Made by a program: the position numbers and the translations under genes. From positions 97,521-161,520 of IMG/VR virus record IMGVR_UViG_3300027747_003534: a stretch of DNA of 64,000 bases; one strand, given 5' to 3'. The notes under the pieces are model-generated. The model was not told the DNA's origin. It did not search any database and saw nothing but the letters and a program-made list of their open reading frames with translations. This document shows, piece after piece, positions 10,566-20,834 of the stretch (positions are counted from its first letter, which is position 1; every line of letters starts with the position of its first letter). This DNA is from a virus.

Positions 10566-12006
10566 TTTCGCTTTGCTCATCAACAATGAATCCATCTTTC
10601 TTTCCACCCTTATTATTAATAATTTCTAACCTAGTACGACCTTCAGTAATTTTTGCACACCAGCCCTTCATATGACAATTAATGTAGTCATTATCATCTA
10701 AACCGCCTCCATGTCTACTAATTAAAGGGACTAGTTTTCTATTACCATTTTCTGGACCATCTTCAGCTATCTCTTCTGGAGTTTTTCTTTTAAATATACT
10801 GAAATTACTACATAGCCAAATAATTCTATCAGAACCACTAGCAGCATCAGTGCTCTCTTTAGTAATTCCATCTCTATTTAGCTGTATAAAAGCAACAATA
10901 GGAACCTTATATCTAACGGCAAAATTATGTAAGCTTGTCATCATAAAGCCTAAGACCTGATACTCTTTAAGGTCCTGGGTCATTCCTGCACTATCCATAA
11001 TCTTTAAGTAGTCATAAAATATAACACAGTCCTTAGCTGTGCCATCATCATGTAGACCAACTTCTTTAACTATCCATCTTCTCATAATTGCTAACTGATC
11101 CTCAAAGGGTTTTCCAGCAATACTCTTATGAAACATTTTAAGTTCTTTAAGTTTATGAACAGATTGTAATATTTTATTCTTTTTGTCAGGAGACTCTGAA
11201 AACTTTCCAGTTTCTATAGTATTGATTTCAATTTCGCTCATCATGGCCAAAGTTCTATTAATATGGTCTTCTTTATTCATTTCGGTATCCATATTAAGAG
11301 TAGGAATACCTAAATTAGCAACATTATATCCTATATTGTCAGACATTAAAGTTTTACCAGTCTTTGGTCGTGCTGCTATAATATTGACGGTTCCTTTTCT
11401 TAAACCTCCACCGATAGACTGATCGTATACTGGAAAGCCTGTTGGTATTCCAACCTGATCTATTTTGTTTTCTTCTAGATTTTTAACATATTCATCCAAA
11501 TTATGGCCGAAGGAAGATGGATTATTATCACCATCATTAAGTAATGAAGTAAAATTAAATATGGTATCTTCTGCTATGCTGAGAATAGAACCTATAGGCT
11601 CACTGCCATTTACATCCAAAATCTTATCTTGAGCTAGTTCTAGTTGTTTTCTTAAAAGTCTGGCTATCTCTAATTTTCTTATTTTTGCTGCAAATTTTCT
11701 AACATTTTCAAGAATAACAGGAAAGTCCATAACAGCTTTTAAATGCTGCAATTCTTCTTTTTTTGTAAGAATATGGGCTAGTCCTAACTCTTCAGCAGTA
11801 GAAAAAATTGTAGCAATATCTATAGAGGGTTTTTGTTCTCTTTCACAAATAGTTTTTAAGCATTTAAATATAACCGTATTACTATCTATAGTAAAAGTAG
11901 TATCTTGAATAATATCAGCCACATCAAGATACGCATCTTCACCATAAGTACAGATACCAGCCAATACTGCTCTTTCAGCAGATGGGTCGCACAATACCAT
12001 TGTCAT
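10540..12006 (-). CDS. dnaB: Replicative helicase DnaB
   Basis: AERAVLAG, GIPTGF, AARPKTGKT Walker A, TEM, YDYLK, QLNR. Confidence 0.92.
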   Translation of the reverse strand: MTMVLCDPSAERAVLAGICTYGEDAYLDVADIIQDTTFTIDSNTVIFKCLKTICEREQKPSIDIATIFSTAEELGLAHILTKKEELQHLKAVMDFPVILENVRKFAAKIRKLEIARLLRKQLELAQDKILDVNGSEPIGSILSIAEDTIFNFTSLLNDGDNNPSSFGHNLDEYVKNLEENKIDQVGIPTGFPVYDQSIGGGLRKGTVNIIAARPKTGKTLMSDNIGYNVANLGIPTLNMDTEMNKEDHINRTLAMMSEIEINTIETGKFSESPDKKNKILQSVHKLKELKMFHKSIAGKPFEDQLAIMRRWIVKEVGLHDDGTAKDCVIFYDYLKIMDSAGMTQDLKEYQVLGFMMTSLHNFAVRYKVPIVAFIQLNRDGITKESTDAASGSDRIIWLCSNFSIFKRKTPEEIAEDGPENGNRKLVPLISRHGGGLDDNDYINCHMKGWCAKITEGRTRLEIINNKGGKKDGFIVDEQSENEQEIKFD

Positions 12007-12395
12007 CAGCCCGCTCCTGCTGAACATTTATTACATTTATACCTATCAACGCCTTCTGTTATTAAAACAGGATTTACTTTTTCTTTTTTGCCACAAACTC
12101 TACATATAGTATTTACCAATTCAAAAGGCCTAGCTCTTGGAACAGGGGGAAGAACAGATAGTTTCTTATCTATAGCTATATCTTCTTTGTGCATTCTGGC
12201 TTCTGTCATGCTATCGAATTTATTTTCTCTTGTTGGCTTACTTTTAGTTTGTGTCTGAGTATTCTTTTTGGCCTTAGGTTTTTTGGTTGACTTAGTCTCT
12301 TTATTCTGTTTGTCCTCTTCAGTTTGGGGGAGCATGGACTGAAGCATAATAATCATTTGTTGAATTTGTTGTGGGTCTAAATTAATATTATCCAT
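12006..12395 (-). CDS. Hypothetical protein with C-terminal zinc ribbon
   Basis: CRVC...CNKC. Confidence 0.65.
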   Translation of the reverse strand: MDNINLDPQQIQQMIIMLQSMLPQTEEDKQNKETKSTKKPKAKKNTQTQTKSKPTRENKFDSMTEARMHKEDIAIDKKLSVLPPVPRARPFELVNTICRVCGKKEKVNPVLITEGVDRYKCNKCSAGAG

Positions 12396-12879
12396 TTTTT
12401 GTTGCCAGTTTAATTTTTTGAATAGAAATAAGTATATCTGATAGATTTTTGATAGAATTCGCTAAATATGATAATCTGTCTGTTCGCTGTTTGGAATAAA
12501 TTTTTATTTTATTTATAGCTTGAGCCTTTTCATTATTCTTAATAGCTTGGAGAGATTTCTCCACATATCCGTATCCTTTATAATTATTTATTTCATCTGC
12601 TATAACCATTTTAATTGTTTCATCAGCCCAATTATTTCTAGCTATTTCTCTGTTTATGGTGCGTTGTATATAAAAAGAAAACTGAGCTAATCTATAAGAT
12701 ATTTGAGAACAATCTTCTGGTGTTATTCTCTCTAGCTCTGTTCTATCCATAGTAAGATAATTATTTAGCTCTTGCTCTGGCATACCAGCGTTATTATATT
12801 TAGGTATACCAAGACCCTTTTCATATTCATCTAGAATATTATCCCAATCTTGTAATTCTTCTTTAGCCGTTTTGTTCAT
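12388..12879 (-). CDS. Helical hypothetical protein (possibly a UvsY-like recombination mediator)
   Basis: Predicted all-helical 163 aa, close to recA; function inferred from context only. Confidence 0.5.
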   Translation of the reverse strand: MNKTAKEELQDWDNILDEYEKGLGIPKYNNAGMPEQELNNYLTMDRTELERITPEDCSQISYRLAQFSFYIQRTINREIARNNWADETIKMVIADEINNYKGYGYVEKSLQAIKNNEKAQAINKIKIYSKQRTDRLSYLANSIKNLSDILISIQKIKLATKNG

Positions 12880-13279
12880 TTATTAATCTCCCAATCCATT
12901 GATTTTCATTTTCATCAAACGGTAATGCTATAAATTTAATCTGATTAATTTCACACCACTCTATTTTTTCGCGATCTCTTTTTTGTGATCTTATAAAACC
13001 TAAAGTATTATGATGATAAAAAGGAACAAACTTATAGTGCTGTTCTCCGTGAACTTCTATGCACGTTTGAATTAATGGCAAGTAAAAATCTAAAAATAAT
13101 GTTTCATTTTTCCTAATTAAAATTGGTATTTCCTCTAATAATTGCAAAGTTGGAAAACACGATATCAGTGCTGAGCGAGCTTTTAGATGCAAATTAGACT
13201 TGTTAGCAATCTTGCCTTTAGCCATATTCCCAGTAAGCTGCCATTGAGATATGTTTCCATCTAGATCTCTCACTATCAT
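12863..13279 (-). CDS. PD-(D/E)XK / Vsr-like endonuclease domain protein
   Basis: LDFYLP..CIEVHGEQH..RDREKIEWC motif. Confidence 0.75.
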   Translation of the reverse strand: MIVRDLDGNISQWQLTGNMAKGKIANKSNLHLKARSALISCFPTLQLLEEIPILIRKNETLFLDFYLPLIQTCIEVHGEQHYKFVPFYHHNTLGFIRSQKRDREKIEWCEINQIKFIALPFDENENQWIGRLINEQNG

Positions 13280-14298
13280 CCTTTGATCCCCATCATTTCC
13301 TTAACTTTAATCCACAGGTTTTCGTATATCTCAGGATTGTCAACAAGATATTGACGAACCTTTTCTGTTCCTTGAAATTTTGGTTTTGACTCAACCGTGG
13401 TTATGGTGTACCAAGCCCCTGCTTTATGTATTAGTCCCAAGTCTGAAGCTAGTGTAACCAGTTCTGTTTGTTTGTCAATACCCTGACCATATCTTATATA
13501 GCTTGTGATAGTACCACCCGGTGGTCCGAGAGCCGAGCATTGTACTTGCCATTGAATTTCTTGACCTATTTGTTGACCATCTTCTGCTGATCCAACTTTC
13601 CATGCTTTATGAAATTGTGCTTTTAGCTTAATATCCGTCTGATAAGCAATAGCTTGTCCACTCTTTTCTTTCCACTCACTATGACCCAGCCCTGGGTTAC
13701 CCATAAGATGAGTAATTCCAATTACGATATTTCTATTGACAGGTATAACATTAGCCACTTTTCTGCAAAACTTAGCTAATAATTTAGCACCATCTGCTCG
13801 TTGCATTTTATCCATATCGCTTGTTATTTCAGCTTCTGTACATAATGCAGAATAGGAGTCTATTATTAGTATTGATCCTGGAATTTCATTAATAATTCTT
13901 TCTCCAATTTGAAGGTATTCTTCAGCGTGTAATATTTTACCCTGTTTTGACCCTATGACATTAAATCGTGTCAAATCAAGGCCAGGAATACCCTCCAGAT
14001 CTCGTTTTTTCAGACGCCCTTCGATGTTTAAGTAATATACCTGACGCCCTTCCGAAAAAGAACTATGAGCGTATTCTTTTTTTTGTCCAGTAGCACAAAA
14101 ATCTAGAGAAGTAGTAGTTTTCCCACATTTTGGTTGACCGGTTAAAATTACAAAACTGCCTTCAGGAATACCTCCATTCAAAACAATATCTAGAGAAGGA
14201 CTTATTGGTATGGTAATTAATTTTTTATCTACAATAGAATTACCATTCAGTATAATATCATCTCCGAATTTTTTTTCTACGTCATCCTTTAAGCTCAT
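13276..14298 (-). CDS. recA: RecA/UvsX-like recombinase
   Basis: SLDIVLNGGIPEG, GQPKCGKTT, IIDSYSAL, YGQGID, KAGAWY. Confidence 0.92.
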   Translation of the reverse strand: MSLKDDVEKKFGDDIILNGNSIVDKKLITIPISPSLDIVLNGGIPEGSFVILTGQPKCGKTTTSLDFCATGQKKEYAHSSFSEGRQVYYLNIEGRLKKRDLEGIPGLDLTRFNVIGSKQGKILHAEEYLQIGERIINEIPGSILIIDSYSALCTEAEITSDMDKMQRADGAKLLAKFCRKVANVIPVNRNIVIGITHLMGNPGLGHSEWKEKSGQAIAYQTDIKLKAQFHKAWKVGSAEDGQQIGQEIQWQVQCSALGPPGGTITSYIRYGQGIDKQTELVTLASDLGLIHKAGAWYTITTVESKPKFQGTEKVRQYLVDNPEIYENLWIKVKEMMGIKG

Positions 14299-14714
14299 TA
14301 TTCTAGATCCTTTAGTTTGGAAATAATGTTATTATTATTTTGAGAGGCGCCAAATTTAACTTGAGTATTTCGTTCAATTTGTAGAGTAATTTTTTTATTC
14401 TCTGAAGCTATAAGAGCCTCCTGCTGTTCTATGATAGCTGGTAGGTGGGGTGCTCGCAAAGAATATATTCTTCTTCCCGCGTCTGTGCCTAGAGCCTTTA
14501 CTATTGCTTTAGAGCTATACTTTTTAAGAAGCTTATGTGCTGAACCTATTTGATTACTATAAAATGATGCCCATTTTTTTTCTATCCAAAATCTATAATG
14601 CAAATCTTCTTTTTGCGATAAGGCTTTTCTTTCACAAATAATCTCTGTTATAAACTGAGCTGCCGATACTGGTTTATCATTAGAGTATCGAGATAGATAA
14701 GTATCATTTTTCAT
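14298..14714 (-). CDS. Hypothetical protein
   Basis: 138-aa ORF in a tightly packed operon. Confidence 0.65.
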   Translation of the reverse strand: MKNDTYLSRYSNDKPVSAAQFITEIICERKALSQKEDLHYRFWIEKKWASFYSNQIGSAHKLLKKYSSKAIVKALGTDAGRRIYSLRAPHLPAIIEQQEALIASENKKITLQIERNTQVKFGASQNNNNIISKLKDLE

Positions 14715-15126
14715 TTTGTTTATTTGAGTGAATAATCCTGCAAGATTCTTCCAAAGTGCTATGAAATTTATTTAAAAAATTATCTACATGAGATTTATAA
14801 TCACTATTTATATCTAAAGGTATATGATAAAATTTTTCTATTATATCAACTATAGATAATAATTGTCTTTGTTCGCCGATTTGAGATACTTCGGCTTTAA
14901 CTGTAAAAATTAGCTCATTTGGGAAACCAGTTAAATTCTTTTTCTGAATAATATCGGGATGGTCTTCAGATAAATCAACATATGGATCAGTAATTTCCTC
15001 TAATTTTTTGTTTTTTTCATCTTTTTCATTTTCCAAACTAGCTAATATCTTTGTTTGTATTTTATCTAGAATTTCTTTTTCTTCTTCAGATAATTCATTT
15101 ACAACACTTTGAAAAAAATCTGTCAT
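14704..15126 (-). CDS. Hypothetical acidic protein
   Basis: 140-aa ORF overlapping or abutting its neighbours. Confidence 0.6.
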   Translation of the reverse strand: MTDFFQSVVNELSEEEKEILDKIQTKILASLENEKDEKNKKLEEITDPYVDLSEDHPDIIQKKNLTGFPNELIFTVKAEVSQIGEQRQLLSIVDIIEKFYHIPLDINSDYKSHVDNFLNKFHSTLEESCRIIHSNKQNEK

Positions 15127-15128
15127 AA

Positions 15129-15470
15129 TTATTTGCTATATGGTCTATAGATTCCTGTTTGCGTTTTAGTTGTTGATGTTATATTTTTTTTAAGATCGTC
15201 ATTTAGTTGAGATGCTTCCTTGGTCATTACTGCCACATTACGAGTTTTATTAGAAGTTTCGGTGATCATTAAATTTTTAGACCGAGAACCATTTACCGGA
15301 GAGGTTTTTGTTTTCAAGCCCTTTTCAGCAATTTTATTATTTTGTTCTGTTATAGTATTTGTGATTTGTGTTTTACTTAGTTTTGTTTCTGATACTATAT
15401 AATCAATATCATGTCCTTCGCTATTTAACCATAGGATAGCGTATTTCTGCATTTTATTAATTCTTGCCAT
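15129..15470 (-). CDS. Hypothetical protein, possible N-terminal HTH
   Basis: GHDIDYIVSETKLSKTQITNTI resembles an HTH. Confidence 0.55.
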   Translation of the reverse strand: MARINKMQKYAILWLNSEGHDIDYIVSETKLSKTQITNTITEQNNKIAEKGLKTKTSPVNGSRSKNLMITETSNKTRNVAVMTKEASQLNDDLKKNITSTTKTQTGIYRPYSK

Positions 15471-15892
15471 TATTCATGTTCCCTTTCTGCATTAATTAGC
15501 AGTGAAATATTTTTTGTATTAAGAAATTCTACATACATATTAAAAACCTTTTGTCCTACCTCTTTAAATTTATCATTAGATCTGCATATTCTATTTAAAA
15601 AAGTATGTGTCTTTTCCTGACCATAAATTGATATTGGATTATAAAATTTCCCATTATTTCCAAGTCTTATGGTATATTTAATTGAACCATTTTTTCTTAT
15701 TATTTTTTTTGCTAGGACAGTATTATTTTCTTCTTTGGATCTCGCTTTATTTGCTTCATCAATAAAAGATTCTGTGCCTATCAATGTATATAATTCTGTT
15801 ATTTCTTCAATATTGTCTTTTTTAGTAAATAAACTACTAGGCTTAAAAATAAAATTATCCATTGTATAATTCCTTATGTTTATCCATTCCAT
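15470..15892 (-). CDS. Hypothetical protein
   Basis: ORF in operon; start may be the internal MDNF. Confidence 0.6.
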   Translation of the reverse strand: MEWINIRNYTMDNFIFKPSSLFTKKDNIEEITELYTLIGTESFIDEANKARSKEENNTVLAKKIIRKNGSIKYTIRLGNNGKFYNPISIYGQEKTHTFLNRICRSNDKFKEVGQKVFNMYVEFLNTKNISLLINAEREHE

Positions 15893-16233
15893 TTGTATTT
15901 AATTTTTGGTTTTTTTATTCTAGACATACCTTTTGGTAATTGTTTATTAGAGACTTCTTCTTTATAGCTATTATGTTTTTTTTCTAATTCTGTTTTATGA
16001 TCTTCACTCAATCTGTCTCTATTTCTATTTGCTAAATCACCTATTGTTTTAAGTTCACTATCATTTTTTTTGATAGATGTGCTAAGGGTTGATACGTCTT
16101 CAATATATAGCCTATAAGTATTTTTATTCTTCTTGCAATACTCACATGAGGCATTTTCTACATAGTCTTTGATACTACAAAAAATTTCAAATTTAGTTTG
16201 ACATTTATTACAAAAATATGAATAAGTAGGCAT
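15880..16233 (-). CDS. FmdB-family zinc-ribbon protein
   Basis: MPTYSYFCNKC...FE...CEYC. Confidence 0.8.
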   Translation of the reverse strand: MPTYSYFCNKCQTKFEIFCSIKDYVENASCEYCKKNKNTYRLYIEDVSTLSTSIKKNDSELKTIGDLANRNRDRLSEDHKTELEKKHNSYKEEVSNKQLPKGMSRIKKPKIKYKWNG

Positions 16234-16236
16234 GTT

Positions 16237-16818
16237 TTATATATAGGATTCTGGTAAATAAACAGCCCACTCTGTAGGGATGTCGCTTCTTATATTAAGG
16301 AGCTGGTTGGTGATCGGCAAGTATTTTGGACACTTATTGGGCGCCGTAGGCATATTTTTTAAAGGCATGTTAGCCTGTTTTGGAGTTCTATTACCTTTTC
16401 TCCTGTTACATACTACACATGCTGTTACTATATTTGTCCAACAAGTAGGAGATCCCATCTGTTGTGTCCAAACAGATTTGGGAATAACATGATCGTATGT
16501 TAATTCATTGATATGTTTTTTTATGCCACAATATTGACAGCTATAATTATCTCTTATAAAAAGATTTTTCCTACAAAAATTTACTTTTTGATTGTTATTC
16601 CTAAAATATCTAGCGGTTTTAGCAACTGCTGGTATTGGAATTTTTTTATTATTGGTACCACAAATATAATCATCTTTATAAAAGTCTATAATTTCCATGC
16701 CAGTCTTTGGATTTTCAGCATACCTGAAAGACCATACCAAAGCTCTTTTCCAACTAATTATACCTAATGGACTATAATCAGCATTAAGTACAAGACATTT
16801 ACTGTTTTGTTGTTTCAT
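16237..16818 (-). CDS. HNH endonuclease (McrA-like)
   Basis: LVLNADYSPL, RDNYSCQYCG, TYDHVIP, WTNIVTACVVCNRRK. Confidence 0.9.
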   Translation of the reverse strand: MKQQNSKCLVLNADYSPLGIISWKRALVWSFRYAENPKTGMEIIDFYKDDYICGTNNKKIPIPAVAKTARYFRNNNQKVNFCRKNLFIRDNYSCQYCGIKKHINELTYDHVIPKSVWTQQMGSPTCWTNIVTACVVCNRRKGNRTPKQANMPLKNMPTAPNKCPKYLPITNQLLNIRSDIPTEWAVYLPESYI

Positions 16819-17533
16819 TTTCGTAGGCGTCTAAACGAACAAGAATTTTTGCTATGATTGGATTTCTTACAATATCTGAAAATTGAAGTCTGGCAACTGC
16901 TATGCCTTCTATAGTCTCTAACTGTTCTATCATCTCTAAAAATCCTCCTTGGAGATGTCTTTGTAGATCAGACTGACCAATATCGCCTGTTAGAACCATT
17001 TTGCTATCTTTGCCTAGTCTTGTTATTAACATTTTAAGTTGTTCATAAGAAGCATTTTGACATTCATCAGCAACAATAAAACAGTTGTTAAAATTTCTAC
17101 CTCTCATTAATCCAAGTGGAACAATTTCTATTTTGTTATTTAGTTTAAGAGAAGTATATTGAGCTGTTGAGATAAAATGATTTACTTCATCTAGTATGGG
17201 CAGTAAATATGGATGTATTTTTTCTTCTGCTGTTCCTGGTAAATATCCTATCTTTTCTCCACTCTCAACTATTGGTCTTGTGATAATAATTTTTTTAACT
17301 TTGTCATCTAGTAAATATTCTAAAGCTAAACCAATAGCACAGTGCGTTTTGCCGCTACCAGCTGCTCCTTGACAAAATGTTATATGATTTTCAGCTATGC
17401 TTCTAATGTATTCTTTTTGATTTTCACTTCTTGGCTTTAATCTATTCCTATAAGCCGCTCCTTGTTGCACAATCTCATTAGTAGCATCAACAACCCTAGG
17501 TCTTTTAGATGACCTTTTATTATTTTTTTTCAA
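16799..17533 (-). CDS. phoH: PhoH family ATPase
   Basis: GAAGSGKT, ITRP, GYLPG, MRGRNF, DECQN, TGDIGQSD, DIVRNP. Confidence 0.95.
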   Translation of the reverse strand: MKKNNKRSSKRPRVVDATNEIVQQGAAYRNRLKPRSENQKEYIRSIAENHITFCQGAAGSGKTHCAIGLALEYLLDDKVKKIIITRPIVESGEKIGYLPGTAEEKIHPYLLPILDEVNHFISTAQYTSLKLNNKIEIVPLGLMRGRNFNNCFIVADECQNASYEQLKMLITRLGKDSKMVLTGDIGQSDLQRHLQGGFLEMIEQLETIEGIAVARLQFSDIVRNPIIAKILVRLDAYENETTKQ

Positions 17534-17577
17534 GAGTGAGCCCTTATTAATAGATGTAAAATAACTCTTGTTCCTTA

Positions 17578-17586
17578 TAATACACC
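17578..17586 (-). promoter_or_regulatory. Phage-type GGTGTAT promoter motif
   Basis: GGTGTATTA about 45 bp upstream of phoH; repeated genome motif. Confidence 0.55.
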
Positions 17587-17607
17587 ATATAAAAATAAAT
17601 GATAATC

Positions 17608-18033
17608 TTAACTCACTCCGGTAGAACCAAAACCACCATTACCTCTTTCCGTATCTGTTAAGTTGTCATTTTCTGAAAAAGACATATTATAATGTGCTTC
17701 AATAATTAATTGAGCTATTCTGTCTCCTTGATTAACTACAAAATCATTGTGTTTGTCTGTATTAAAAAGAATAACCCCAATCTCTCCTCTATAAGAGCTG
17801 TCTATAACTCCAGCTAAGACATCAATACCATTTTTAAAAGCTAGTCCGGATCGTGGCGCAATTCTACCATAATAATTTTTTGGAATTTCGATACTAATTC
17901 CTGTTTTTATTAAAGCCCTTGATAGTGGAGCTATAACAACAGATTCAATGGAGCATAAGTCCGCACCAGCATCAGTTTCATTAGCTCTAAAGGGTATCTT
18001 GGCTGCTTCATTTAGTTTTTTAATTTTAATCAC
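17608..18033 (-). CDS. dut: Trimeric dUTPase
   Basis: AGADL, PRSGLA, GVIDSSYRGE, RIAQL, RGNGGFGSTG. Confidence 0.97.
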   Translation of the reverse strand: MIKIKKLNEAAKIPFRANETDAGADLCSIESVVIAPLSRALIKTGISIEIPKNYYGRIAPRSGLAFKNGIDVLAGVIDSSYRGEIGVILFNTDKHNDFVVNQGDRIAQLIIEAHYNMSFSENDNLTDTERGNGGFGSTGVS

Positions 18034-19683
18034 TTATGCCTCACATGATGAACAGGTTAAAATGCTTCTTGTTAATTCTTGAGCAGGATTGGATGATCTT
18101 TGATAGTAAAAAGTTTTGATACCATTTTCCCAGCCATAAATCAATAGCTCGCTCACTTCTTTAGCTGGACAATTAGGTGGAATCATTAAGTTAAGAGATA
18201 TGGACTGATCTATATATTTTTGTCTTTGTATATTTTGTATCACTATTTCTTTTTGACTAATCTCACCAAAGGTTTTAAAAATATCTTTTTCTTCTTGAGA
18301 TAAGAAATCCAAATGTTGTACAGATCCTCCTCTTACTAGGATTGTCTTCCATATTTCATCATTATCTTGATCTTTATCTTTGAGGAGTTTTTTCAAATAT
18401 GGATTTTTATAAGTGAAACTACCTTTAGCTAATTTTTTAACAAAGTAGTTTGAGTTTAAAGGCTCTATTGATGGACTTACTTGTCCCAAAATAAAAGAGC
18501 TAGATGTAGTTGGAGCCACAGATAGAGTGGTAACGTTTCTTCGACCATATCCTTTTAATAATTCTGGCTCTCCAAATTTTTCAGCTAATTCAAAAGAAGC
18601 TTTGTCTGCTTTGTCTCTTATTATTTTCCATATTGACGCATTTAAACTTTTAGCTTTCATAGATTCAAAAGATATCATCTTATATTGAAGTAGAGAATGC
18701 CAGCCAAGAGCACCCATACCTAAAGCTCTTTGTGTCCTAGCAAAATTATGTGCAGTTGCCATAAATGGAATATCTTTAGTCTTTTGTATGAATTCTTCAT
18801 TTACTGCATCTAGAAAATAAACTAATGTCTCTACTGCATCAGTTTTTTCTATTTCATCCCAATGTAATAAATTTAAAGAAGATAGCACACAAACAAATGA
18901 ATTATTTTCATCAGAAGCTAATTCGATTTCTGAACATAGATTAGAGCTTTTAATAATGAGATTTTTATCTTTATATACTTGTGGAGCTTCCTTATTTACT
19001 GTGTCTGTAAACATAATATAAGGATAGCCTGTTTCAAATCTTTTTTGTATGATCTTGGCCCATATTTGTCTTTTTTCTTTATCTCCAGCAAGCATCTTTT
19101 TCATCCAATCATCACCAATGGTGACTCCAATACTCATATTTTGAATACTGTGTCCCTCTGAGCGAATCTGTAAAAATTCTTCTATGTCCGAATGTTCCAC
19201 TGGCAGATATGCTGCAAAAGATCCTCTTCTAGCTGATCCCTGACTTACAACTTCTGCTACTTTATCGAATAGTTCCATAAAATGAACAGGCCCACTAGAT
19301 TCTCCACCAACACTTATAGAAGATCCTCTAGCTCTAAGATCACCAAAAAATCCACTTGTTCCTCCTCCAAGCTTACTCATCATTCCTACTTCTGCAACTT
19401 TTTGTAGGATAGATTGCATTGTGTCAGAGATATAGGAATTAAAACATGATACTGGAAGACCACGAGCATTTCCAAAATTAGTCCACACAGGGGTTGCTAA
19501 TGAGAAGAAGCCTCTACTCATATAGTCTTCAAATTTATCTGCAAATCCTTCAATCTTCAATATTCTTTCAGCATTCTCTGCTATGTCTCTGATTCTTTTT
19601 TCTGGAGTGCCACCTTGTTCAATATAGCCTCTCTCTAGAAAAATACGACTATGCGAATTGAGCCAATAGTACTTCTTATGCAT
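18034..19683 (-). CDS. nrdA: Ribonucleotide reductase class I alpha subunit, short form without ATP cone
   Basis: SCF, GGGT, NLCSEI, VCVLSS, APTTSSS, KTFYY, C-terminal CSSCEA. Confidence 0.95.
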   Translation of the reverse strand: MHKKYYWLNSHSRIFLERGYIEQGGTPEKRIRDIAENAERILKIEGFADKFEDYMSRGFFSLATPVWTNFGNARGLPVSCFNSYISDTMQSILQKVAEVGMMSKLGGGTSGFFGDLRARGSSISVGGESSGPVHFMELFDKVAEVVSQGSARRGSFAAYLPVEHSDIEEFLQIRSEGHSIQNMSIGVTIGDDWMKKMLAGDKEKRQIWAKIIQKRFETGYPYIMFTDTVNKEAPQVYKDKNLIIKSSNLCSEIELASDENNSFVCVLSSLNLLHWDEIEKTDAVETLVYFLDAVNEEFIQKTKDIPFMATAHNFARTQRALGMGALGWHSLLQYKMISFESMKAKSLNASIWKIIRDKADKASFELAEKFGEPELLKGYGRRNVTTLSVAPTTSSSFILGQVSPSIEPLNSNYFVKKLAKGSFTYKNPYLKKLLKDKDQDNDEIWKTILVRGGSVQHLDFLSQEEKDIFKTFGEISQKEIVIQNIQRQKYIDQSISLNLMIPPNCPAKEVSELLIYGWENGIKTFYYQRSSNPAQELTRSILTCSSCEA

Positions 19684-19702
19684 TATCTAAATTCCGTTCT
19701 AA

Positions 19703-19780
19703 TTAAAAAAGATCCGTAACATCAAAACTTTGGGCCGATTTTGCATATTCTACTGGTCTACTATGAAAAAAGTCAGTCAT
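19703..19780 (-). other. Out-of-frame C-terminal tail of nrdB (MTDFFHSRPVEYAKSAQSFDVTDLF)
   Basis: Conserved DFF...EY tail lies in a different frame; one missing A at 19785-19786 (GGAATAAT instead of GGAAATAAT). Confidence 0.85.
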
Positions 19781-20673
19781 ATTATTCCTAGAATTTGCTC
19801 ATCAAACCATGTTGTTTGAGCAATAACCTCCTGGTCGGTTTCAAAAATGCTATCATACCCTATTTGTTTAAGTGAATCATTCATTCTGTTTTTTATAAAT
19901 TCTTTCAAAAGGTCAGAATTTAACTTTTCGTGGTCATAGCCATTAACTATCCATTCAATGATCTGGCATTCGTATTTTACGGCATCTCTTGCTTCGTGTA
20001 AGACCTTATTTTTTAATTCATTGTCAAACAGCTCAGGGTGCTCTTGTTTAATTGTATTAATGATTTTAACACCAATAATAGCATGAAGATTTTCTTCTCT
20101 AGAAGTATATTCAACCTGTTTATTGGTATCTTTTAATAAATTTTTATACCGGCCAAAAAAACCGATAGTATAAAACTGAGAAAATAGAGCAATATTTTCA
20201 ACAAATAAAGTAAATAGAATCAAAGAATAAATGAACTGTCTTTTGTTGTCATTGTGAAACTTATGAAGATGTTTTCTCAGATAATTGACACGACCTTTAA
20301 TAATGTCCAATTTTAGAATTTCATCAAAACTATCTTGAATGCCTAAGACTTCCAATAATCTTTCATATGCATCACCATGAATAACTTCTGTATTAGCCAT
20401 CACATAGCCCATATCGTTTAATGATGGGTGTGGGAGATTGTCTCCTAGTTTTGCCCAGAATTTTTTGACACTGATTTCTAACTGGCCTATGGTGGATAAC
20501 GCTCTTGTGATAATTTCTTGTTCTTGTATAGAAAGATTAACTCTAAAGTCCTGGATGTCGCTTTGAAAATTAAATTCCTTATCGGTCCAAAATCCAGTAT
20601 GCATTGCTTCTATAAATTCTTGTGTCCATGGATAATTATCTGGTTTTCTTGTAATTTGTTCTTCAAAAATCAT
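19777..20673 (-). CDS. nrdB: Ribonucleotide reductase class I beta subunit, frameshifted before its C-terminal tail
   Basis: FWTDKEF, EVIHGDAY, VENIALFSQF, EENLH diiron motifs. Confidence 0.93.
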   Translation of the reverse strand: MIFEEQITRKPDNYPWTQEFIEAMHTGFWTDKEFNFQSDIQDFRVNLSIQEQEIITRALSTIGQLEISVKKFWAKLGDNLPHPSLNDMGYVMANTEVIHGDAYERLLEVLGIQDSFDEILKLDIIKGRVNYLRKHLHKFHNDNKRQFIYSLILFTLFVENIALFSQFYTIGFFGRYKNLLKDTNKQVEYTSREENLHAIIGVKIINTIKQEHPELFDNELKNKVLHEARDAVKYECQIIEWIVNGYDHEKLNSDLLKEFIKNRMNDSLKQIGYDSIFETDQEVIAQTTWFDEQILGII

Positions 20674-20712
20674 ATGGCACCTTTATTAGTCGGATTATTG
20701 GAATACGTTCCA

Positions 20713-20720
20713 TATACACC
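20713..20720 (-). promoter_or_regulatory. Phage-type GGTGTATA promoter motif
   Basis: 40 bp upstream of the nrdB ATG. Confidence 0.6.
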
Positions 20721-20834
20721 ACGACTGTATCGTATACTAGAGCCTCGGGAGTCTCAGGAAAGAGAAATTTTTTTACGCTATCATTTTGCCGAAATTGCCA
20801 GATTCTACTAAAAACACAAGGATATTATGCATAT

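Noticed and set aside
19777-19795. Programmed -1 frameshift in nrdB
   Set aside because: No X XXY YYZ slippery heptamer at the shift site
20730-20830. Riboswitch upstream of nrdB
   Set aside because: Only weak, short pairings; no recognisable aptamer
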